A stretch of 19,286 nucleotides of DNA, taken from positions 1 through 19,286 of the forward strand of contig JAYKGY010000143.1 of the NCBI GenBank assembly GCA_035285545.1, written 5' to 3'. Of the stretch, positions 8,284 through 14,815 are shown piece after piece. The stretch is from Snowella sp. (GTDB lineage Bacteria > Cyanobacteriota > Cyanobacteriia > Cyanobacteriales > Microcystaceae). The notes under the pieces are model-generated. The model saw nothing but the letters and a program-made list of their open reading frames with translations. It ran no database searches and was not told the origin of the DNA. The stretch's first letter is position 1; every line of letters starts with the position of its first letter. The translations under genes were made by a program, and so were the position numbers.

Positions 8284-11200
8284 TTAAAACCTTATTTCAC
8301 CTTTAATACTCGCTTCAAAACCATTCTCTCCTGTCCCAAATTTGCCTGTTAAATTGATAGGACTATCTGTAACACTATAGCGAATGATTCCACCATAGTT
8401 AAGGGCTAAAGTACGACTATTAAAGCCTTGGTTAAGATCGGTGTAATTACTAATATATGGGCCCAAAGCAATGTTAGGAGTAATAGATTGTAAGATATTT
8501 GCCCCATAATAAACGATATTACCTAATTCTACATTTCCGTCCACACTTAGCCCAAATCCTAATCCCAACTTCGCATAGATCAATCCAATCACTGGGCCAT
8601 TAGAATATTGAGGAATAATTCCCAGACCACCCGTGAGAGAAAGGCCATATTTTTGAGTTTGCTTAGAAAAAGTATAGGATAAGGATACTTGCCAAGGGTT
8701 ATTGCTATTATTGGCACTATTCCAGTTAAAACGTAAGAGCGGAGAATGACTTGTAATTCCTTCTAATTGATTATTTTCATTAAAGTCCAGATGAGTCGTA
8801 TTTGAACTTAGGAGCATGTTCGTATAGACTCCCACGGGAGGTTCATAAATCCCTAAATTGTTGTATCTAACCCCAGGCGCAGACCAGTTATCAACATTAA
8901 ACCAAACTCCGGTGTTAAAACTATAGGTAAAATCATGATCGGTTCCCGCATAAACCAGTTCTATGGTCGGCAAATAAAGGTAACCATTAAAGTAATTATT
9001 TTCAATCGGTCGCGTGCTAGTTTGCTGTAGTATTAAGCGATCAAAGGCTAAATCATAATTTTTAATCGTTGTCGGAATATCGGTTAAATTTAAATTGTTA
9101 GAATCAAATTTTTGAATGAACTGTTGACCCTCAGGGCTAATTAGGATCACTTCTGCTGTGGATAATTGATTGGTTTGATTCTGATTAGTCCGATCAGGCG
9201 TTGGCAAAATAGGAAGAGTATTGCCCAAAAAGGTAAGTGGCCCAAAACTGCGATTCGATAACCTTGCAGAGGCAATGGTCGTATCTCCTTCTACCCAATC
9301 GCCTACTTCACTTCCCAAAAATTGTACGGCTCTTTGAAGATTACCTGTTTTAATTTGGAAAAGGCTAGAGTCTGTTGGTGTGATAATACTGGGAAAAGTA
9401 ATAAAACCCGATACTTGATTTAAACTACTCCCGATGGTTGCATAAGCTAAGTTGGTATTAAGCCGTTTATTAATTTGTTTGCGGCCTTCGGCAGTGATTT
9501 GGGTTGTAAGACTAGAAAAAGGCTTTTCATCTTCTCTTTGTTCTTTGGCTTCATCAATACTTTCATTTAAATTTTCTACATTGAAAAGTTCAAATATTAC
9601 TCCGATCAACATCCCAATACTAGAATTTAAGGATTGGGTTTCATCTAAATGACCTTTATCGTAGGGTAAGGTAAAAGAAATTCCTGGATTAGAATAAAGA
9701 TTAAAATAAGTCGCTTCCAAGGTATCGGGAGAATATTGGAGCATTATTCGATTGTGAGGAATACTAAAAAATAGTCGATACCAATCAAGATAGGACTGGC
9801 CAGTTATGTTGGTCGTAATATTCGGTTGGAGAACGCCCGAAGTTACCCACAAAAGAGAGTTTAAATAGTGGTAATCTCGCTCAGAATCCGTCAGAAAAGG
9901 ATTGACTAAAACATTTAATAAATCCTTGTTATCAAATTTTTCGCCTTGCCCGATTTGGATACCTGGAACGGAGGTAATAGGCGCAGTAAATTTTGCCGGT
10001 TCTCCTTTGAAAAGATTGCCGAAGGAAATTCCCGCTTCTGCTAATTTTTCTTTAGGAACGACGGCTCCTTCTTTGAGGTCGGTACCAAATAGAGGTTGTA
10101 GATTGGTTGTGGGAAAAGCTTGAAGGATTAAGGGCGCATTTTCTACTGCTAGATTATTAAAGAGTGAGCCTCCTCCGCGTTGATTATAGGTAGAAGCAAT
10201 CCCTATTTGATTCGTGAGGGTTTGGGGTTTAGGTAAGTAAACGGTTTCTTGGGAAGAGGTGATCAGGTTAGAGCTATCAATGGTAATTGATCCGCCGCTA
10301 GCACTGTCAGAATTAATGAGTTGTCCGCCAATACTAATAACGGTATACTTGCCGAGGTCTTCGGGTTTAAATAATCTTTGTAAGTCGTAGGGAATAACCC
10401 ACGCTGCTTGATAGCCAGAAAGGGCCTGGGTGAGGGTCAGCGTTTGTTGTAATTGGACATCTTGTTCTAGCCCTTGGTAAATTAGACCACCTTGTACACC
10501 GACTGTTTCGATGACGATGCGATTTTGATCGAGTACCCAATAGAATTGATCTTTATGGTGGAAGGCTCCAAAGGTAATTTTGTTGACGACTGGATTGCCT
10601 TCTGATTGGCGCAGATCTAGGCCGAGATAAAATTCATTTTTTTTGGGCTTAAAGAGTAGGGGAGAAAAGCTAAGGTTATCAGAGGAATTCAGAATCCAGG
10701 GATAACGAACAGAGGTTCCGCTGATCGCGTTTTCCATCATTTGCTCGATTTGTTCGGCAATGGTTCCGGTGGGCTGGAATTGCTGTCGTCTCTGCTCGAT
10801 CGCCTTGAGTATGGGCCCAAAAACCGTGTCATAGTAATCGCCCAGATTAATTTCCTGAATAATGTCAAAAAGCTCTGAATTACTAGAAAATTGTACTATT
10901 TTGAGGTCATTGGGGTTTGGAGAAAATAATTCGGTTTCTGGCGTTGTCTTAGGCGTTGGTTCTTGGAAAAAAAATGACGGTTGGACGAAATCGGGAGGTT
11001 CGCTCGGATCTTTTTCTTGCTCAAGGTTCGACGGGGGAATGGTGGGGTCAAGTTTTCTTTCCACTGATCCTCCTTGACTAATTACCGATTCAGGAGAAAT
11101 GGGCGCGATCGCGGTGTCTTCCGGTCTAGACGGAGGAGCGTTTTCTACATTAGCCTGTAAAACAGGTTGCTCCGTAACAGGCTGGGCGATCACCTGAGCC

Positions 11201-12786
11201 GTTTCAAAAACTTGAGTCTTCGTGGAAAATGGCTCTTGATTAGAATTGCCAGAATTACCCGAAAATAGTTCTTTTGTGGGCGTAGTACGGGGAGTAGGTT
11301 CCTGATACACCATGAACTGCCGGAGATCATTAAAATCGTCTTCTGGCTGGCTGGTTGGTGAAAGAGGAGCGCGATTAAGACCAATGGCAGTTTCAGGCGC
11401 AATAAGCGCGCTGGCGTTCCCTTCTGACTTTGGTAGAGTGGCATTTTCTACATTAGCCTGTAAAACAGGTTGCGCCGTAACAGGCCGGGCGATCACCTGA
11501 GCCGTTTCAAAAGCTGGGGTCTTCGTGGAAAATGGCTCTTGATTAGAATTGCCAGAATTACCCGAAAATAGTTCTTTTGTGGGCGTAGTACGGGGGGTGG
11601 GTTCCTGATAGACCATGAACTGCCGGAGATCATTAAAATCGTCTTCTGGCTGGATGGTTGGCGTAATAGGAGCACGATTAAGACCAATGGCAGTTTCAGG
11701 CGCAATAAGCGCGCTGGCGTTCCCTTCTGACTTTGGTAGCGTTGCGTTTTCTACATTAGCCTGTAAAACGGGTTGCTCCGTAATAGCCTGGGCGATCACC
11801 TGAGTTGTTTCAAAAGCTGGGGTCTTCGGGGAAAATGTTTCTGGATTAGAATTACTAGAATTGGCGGAAAATAGTTCTTTTGTGGGCGTAGTAAGCGGAG
11901 TGGGTTCCTGATACACCATGAATTGCCGGAGATCATTAAGATCCTCTTCTGGCTGGATGGTTGGCGTAATAGGAGCGCGATTAAGACCAATGGCAGTTTC
12001 AGGAGAAATCGGCGCGATCGCCTGGTTTTCTGGTCTAGACAGAGGGCTGTTTTCTACATTAGCCTGTAAAATGGGTTGCTCCGTAATGGGCTGGGCGATC
12101 ACCTGAGCCGTTTCAAAAGCTGGGGTCTTCGGGGAAAATGTCTTTCGGTCAGAATTATTAAAGTTGGTGGAAAATAGTTCTTGGTTAGGGCTTGGATTAA
12201 GAGCGAGGTTTGAATATGCTAGGGGCTGTTGAAGGTTATTAAATTTTGCTGTTTCTTTGCTTGTCTCTATGGGGTCTACTTCTTTTATGTTCTCTACATT
12301 GTTTAGACTTTCTGCTTCTTTTATATTTTCAACTGATTTGAGCTTATTTTCCTCTATATTCTCTACTTCTTTTATGGTTTCTGCTGGTTTAGCTTCATTC
12401 TCGTGTTTATTTTCTGCTTCTTCTGTATTTTGCGCTGTTTGAATTTCAGATTCTTCGACATTCCCTATTTCTTTTAGATCCCCTACTTCTTCTGCTTCTT
12501 TGATTGCTTGAATTGTCTCTTCTTCTTGGGAAATGGTGGGGGGAGTAGAAGAAGGACTAACCCTTATTCCGTTTTCAGAAGAAATAGGCGCGATCGCATC
12601 GCTTATTAGAGCTTCTTCGGATACTGGTGCAGCAGCATTTTCAATATTTTCTGGAAAAGACTGAGCGACGGCAGTTTTAGGATAAAGACAAACGGCACAA
12701 CTCGATAACAGAAGAAGAATAACGATGCGATTAACTTTTAGCTCATGAATAGTAAACGCATAAAAAAATAAACCTGTGACATTCAT
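8284..12786 (-). CDS. Large exported protein with N-terminal low-complexity and tandem repeats and a probable C-terminal outer-membrane beta-barrel
   Basis: 1500-aa ORF. Signal-like segment RIVILLLLSSCAVCLYPKTAVA|Q, then an acidic E/K-rich region and 101-aa repeats. The last ~250 aa contain alternating amphipathic strands (WQVSLSYTF, YGLSLTGGLG, LSVDGNVELG, YYGANILQ, NYGGIIRYSV) and end FEASIKGEIRF, a terminal Phe typical of Omp85/BamA substrates. Confidence 0.7.
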   Translation of the reverse strand: MNVTGLFFYAFTIHELKVNRIVILLLLSSCAVCLYPKTAVAQSFPENIENAAAPVSEEALISDAIAPISSENGIRVSPSSTPPTISQEEETIQAIKEAEEVGDLKEIGNVEESEIQTAQNTEEAENKHENEAKPAETIKEVENIEENKLKSVENIKEAESLNNVENIKEVDPIETSKETAKFNNLQQPLAYSNLALNPSPNQELFSTNFNNSDRKTFSPKTPAFETAQVIAQPITEQPILQANVENSPLSRPENQAIAPISPETAIGLNRAPITPTIQPEEDLNDLRQFMVYQEPTPLTTPTKELFSANSSNSNPETFSPKTPAFETTQVIAQAITEQPVLQANVENATLPKSEGNASALIAPETAIGLNRAPITPTIQPEDDFNDLRQFMVYQEPTPRTTPTKELFSGNSGNSNQEPFSTKTPAFETAQVIARPVTAQPVLQANVENATLPKSEGNASALIAPETAIGLNRAPLSPTSQPEDDFNDLRQFMVYQEPTPRTTPTKELFSGNSGNSNQEPFSTKTQVFETAQVIAQPVTEQPVLQANVENAPPSRPEDTAIAPISPESVISQGGSVERKLDPTIPPSNLEQEKDPSEPPDFVQPSFFFQEPTPKTTPETELFSPNPNDLKIVQFSSNSELFDIIQEINLGDYYDTVFGPILKAIEQRRQQFQPTGTIAEQIEQMMENAISGTSVRYPWILNSSDNLSFSPLLFKPKKNEFYLGLDLRQSEGNPVVNKITFGAFHHKDQFYWVLDQNRIVIETVGVQGGLIYQGLEQDVQLQQTLTLTQALSGYQAAWVIPYDLQRLFKPEDLGKYTVISIGGQLINSDSASGGSITIDSSNLITSSQETVYLPKPQTLTNQIGIASTYNQRGGGSLFNNLAVENAPLILQAFPTTNLQPLFGTDLKEGAVVPKEKLAEAGISFGNLFKGEPAKFTAPITSVPGIQIGQGEKFDNKDLLNVLVNPFLTDSERDYHYLNSLLWVTSGVLQPNITTNITGQSYLDWYRLFFSIPHNRIMLQYSPDTLEATYFNLYSNPGISFTLPYDKGHLDETQSLNSSIGMLIGVIFELFNVENLNESIDEAKEQREDEKPFSSLTTQITAEGRKQINKRLNTNLAYATIGSSLNQVSGFITFPSIITPTDSSLFQIKTGNLQRAVQFLGSEVGDWVEGDTTIASARLSNRSFGPLTFLGNTLPILPTPDRTNQNQTNQLSTAEVILISPEGQQFIQKFDSNNLNLTDIPTTIKNYDLAFDRLILQQTSTRPIENNYFNGYLYLPTIELVYAGTDHDFTYSFNTGVWFNVDNWSAPGVRYNNLGIYEPPVGVYTNMLLSSNTTHLDFNENNQLEGITSHSPLLRFNWNSANNSNNPWQVSLSYTFSKQTQKYGLSLTGGLGIIPQYSNGPVIGLIYAKLGLGFGLSVDGNVELGNIVYYGANILQSITPNIALGPYISNYTDLNQGFNSRTLALNYGGIIRYSVTDSPINLTGKFGTGENGFEASIKGEIRF
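11089..12183 (-). repeat. Intragenic tandem repeat, 303-bp (101-aa) unit, ~3.6 copies
   Basis: GAAAATAGTTCT recurs at 11261, 11564, 11867 and 12170 (303-bp spacing). TTCAGGAGAAAT.GGCGCGATCGC recurs at 11089 and 11998 (3 x 303). Protein unit: ELFS...KTPAFETAQVIAQP.TEQPVLQANVEN...ETAIGLNRAP...NDLRQFMVYQEPTP. Confidence 0.95.
12255..12510 (-). repeat. Degenerate short acidic peptide repeats (E-x-I-K/E-E, ~6-12 aa period) in the 1500-aa protein
   Basis: QAIKEAEE, GDLKEIGNVEE, ETIKEVENIEE, VENIKEAESLNN, VENIKEVDPIET; DNA motif TTCTTTTAT/TTCTCTA recurs on the plus strand. Confidence 0.6.
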
Positions 12787-12787
12787 A

Positions 12788-13609
12788 TCAATAAACTAAA
12801 AAATCACTAGTGCCAGTTATGCCAGGAATAACTCCATTATCAAAAACAGCTAGTTGCTCGTAGGTGCCGCCATTATTAAAATACAGAGTTGCTGGATTGG
12901 TCGTACTGCCTGTCGGTAAAGCATCAGAAACCACCACAATTTGTCTGGTAGCAGTCGCTAAGGATGCCACAACTTCAAATTCACTGCTGTTGAGTCGATA
13001 AAACGGAGTGGAGGGAAAAATCGTCCCCGCTAAAGGATGCCCCGCAGGAACCGCCGTCGTTGTAGTTAATCCAAAATCAGTCGCCTTAAGTAGAATTTTG
13101 TCTTCTCCATAAGTAAAATCTCGTACACGGTCGATACTTCCAGTAATATTACTGAAACTAAACCAATCGATATTAGCACCTCCAGTCAACAGATCGTTAC
13201 CACTTCCCCCGACTAAAATATCTGACCCCATTCCCCCTAGAAGGGTATCATCACCCGTTCCCCCCTCTAGATAATCATTATCATTTTCTCCACTTAAGTA
13301 ATCATTACCAGTGCCACCAAAAAGTTTGTCATTCCCCGATCCTCCATATAAGTAATCATCCCCATCATCTACATAAGTAGTTCCCTTACGTCCTCCATAA
13401 AGTTCATCATTTCCTATTCCGCCATAGAGATAATCATTGCCCTGCTCACCGTTAAGCAAATCATTCCCGCCATAGCCGTAAAGCCAGTCCTGACCGCTAC
13501 CTGCGTAAATGAGATCAATCCTTGAACTACCTTGAAAAATTTCATTTCGTGATGTGCCCAAGAGCAGTCCACCACGGGACTTGGCATGAATTGTAATTAG
13601 GATACTCAT
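12788..13609 (-). CDS. RTX (hemolysin-type calcium-binding repeat) protein, probable type I secretion substrate
   Basis: About 11 GGxGxDxLx nonamers (GGIGNDELY, GGSGNDKLF, GGTGNDYLS, GGTGDDTLL, GGMGSDILV, GGSGNDLLT and others), then DRVRDF..GEDKILL. No Sec signal. AAGGAG RBS. Its stop codon is 1 nt from the next ATG (12786). Confidence 0.9.
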   Translation of the reverse strand: MSILITIHAKSRGGLLLGTSRNEIFQGSSRIDLIYAGSGQDWLYGYGGNDLLNGEQGNDYLYGGIGNDELYGGRKGTTYVDDGDDYLYGGSGNDKLFGGTGNDYLSGENDNDYLEGGTGDDTLLGGMGSDILVGGSGNDLLTGGANIDWFSFSNITGSIDRVRDFTYGEDKILLKATDFGLTTTTAVPAGHPLAGTIFPSTPFYRLNSSEFEVVASLATATRQIVVVSDALPTGSTTNPATLYFNNGGTYEQLAVFDNGVIPGITGTSDFLVY

Positions 13610-13958
13610 TATTTCTTTCTCCTTTTTTTATCGCTTAAAGTTTAACATTCCTGGGAGATTTTCACGAAACTATAGCGTAATTTTGGTTTAGATATCTAGA
13701 TGTTCAAACTAATGTTTAGGCAAAAAGTAATTGGGATTAAGATCCAAATAAATTACTATTCAGCTTACCTAATTAACTATAGACTTAAGGCAATCCAAGA
13801 GATTTATTCCAGCTTGTATAGCTTACAAGATTAGGCCAGTTTACATTATCAGGAGGATTATTTGAAAATTCCTTATCAGCTAGATATCTTCAGCTAAATG
13901 CCTTTTTCTGGCTACTTTCTGCTTGCTAGCTATACTTAAGCTGATTTTTTAATTTGTA

Positions 13959-14112
13959 ATTTCAAGTTTATTTTAAAGGCATTTTAAAGATATCTTAAGT
14001 TTATTTAAAAAATATTTTAAAGACATTTTAAAGGCATTTTAAGGCTATTTTGAAGTCAATCTAAAGTTAATTTAAAGATGTTTTAAAGCTCGTATAAAGT
14101 TAAACTTAAATG
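13959..14112. repeat. Tandem array of 14 degenerate 11-bp units, consensus ATTTTAAAGNY
   Basis: Contiguous units: atttcaagttt, attttaaaggc, attttaaagat, atcttaagttt, atttaaaaaat, attttaaagac, attttaaaggc, attttaaggct, attttgaagtc, aatctaaagtt, aatttaaagat, gttttaaagct, cgtataaagtt, aaacttaaatg. The 11-nt register is never broken. Confidence 0.9.
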
Positions 14113-14121
14113 ACGAATAGG

Positions 14122-14150
14122 TTGACTAATTAGACATTAGGGAATAAATT
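14122..14150 (+). promoter_or_regulatory. Candidate sigma70-type promoter for the 14274/14816 genes
   Basis: TTGACT (14122-14127), 17-nt spacer, TAAATT (14145-14150); starts 9 nt after the 11-bp array. Confidence 0.5.
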
Positions 14151-14273
14151 TTATTGAGTTGATCAAAATCGAGAATTACAAGAGTTAGTTAAACTATTGT
14201 TTTCAGTAGTAATAAAACGCTTATATCTTCTTTGATCAATGGCATTCAGTGAACATACGTAGGAAAATCACTC

Positions 14274-14678
14274 ATGAATAATTTGAAAAAAGCGATCGCT
14301 ATCGTTAGCGTTTTAGGTTTAGGTTCCGTTCTAGCTGCTCCTGCCCATGCAGATCAGGCTTATGCCAGTGGTAGTTCCGCGATCGTTCTGATGAACGGTG
14401 CTAGCCAATCCGTTGGTGCTGAAATTGCTGCCCCTTCAGGTACTGCTTTTGACTCCGCCACTGGTGTTCTTGTTACTCCAGCCCTAGTAGGCGACCTGAG
14501 CGATAATACTGTAATATTTAACACCTTAACAGTTGATGCTGGTGCCGTTGCTGCTGCTGCTGGATTGGCGGACGCTAGCTTTACTGCTGCTGCTGCTGCT
14601 GCATTAAATGCTACGGCAGTTCTTGAACAGCAAGTTTCCATTATCCGTGCGGGTGCGGGTGTCGATGGTTTAGACTAA
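14274..14678 (+). CDS. Small secreted Ala/Gly/Val-rich protein, putative major structural subunit
   Basis: AGGA RBS; Sec signal MNNLKKAIAIVSVLGLGSVLAAPAHA|D; ~108-aa acidic mature domain ending VSIIRAGAGVDGLD; strong preference for GCT/GGT/GTT/ACT codons; homologous to each repeat of the downstream protein. Confidence 0.85.
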   Translation: MNNLKKAIAIVSVLGLGSVLAAPAHADQAYASGSSAIVLMNGASQSVGAEIAAPSGTAFDSATGVLVTPALVGDLSDNTVIFNTLTVDAGAVAAAAGLADASFTAAAAAALNATAVLEQQVSIIRAGAGVDGLD

Positions 14679-14706
14679 TTGCTATTTGGCTATTAGTTGA
14701 AAGTTC

Positions 14707-14757
14707 TCCCCTAGATAAAAATTATCCCGTCTGCTTTTGACTGGAATATTTAGGGGA
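14707..14757 (+). terminator. Intergenic stem-loop (attenuator, terminator or mRNA stabiliser)
   Basis: Outer stem TCCCCTAGATA (14707-14717) pairs with TATTTAGGGGA (14747-14757, one G-U). Inner stem TCCCGTC/GACTGGA (14725-14731/14739-14745, one mismatch). T-rich sequence follows. Confidence 0.6.
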
Positions 14758-14815
14758 AATTCTATTTCTTTGATTTTGCTCTTACCCTATTTCGTTACAA
14801 TGGGATATTAATATA

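Noticed and set aside
11089..12183. 303-bp repeats as CRISPR or MITE copies, and the repeated short ORFs (11190-12106) on other frames
   Set aside because: The repeats are in frame within the 1500-aa ORF. The short ORFs recur only because the underlying DNA is repeated.
13959..14112. 11-bp array as a CRISPR array or as a canonical SphR Pho box / RpaB HLR1 site
   Set aside because: Units are contiguous with no unique spacers and no cas genes nearby. The consensus TTTTAAAG fits neither PyTTAAPyPy(T/A) nor (G/T)TTACA(T/A)(T/A) well.
14545..14605. (GCT)n runs as a phase-variable microsatellite
   Set aside because: They are in-frame Ala codons, partly matching the conserved A-x-A-A helix of the homologous units, and are explained by codon bias.
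14274..14678. Small protein as a type IV pilin, curlin, gas vesicle protein or RiPP precursor
   Set aside because: It has a standard AxA signal peptidase I site rather than G|FxxxE, no curlin Q/N repeats, no GvpA motif, and no modifying enzymes or double-Gly leader.
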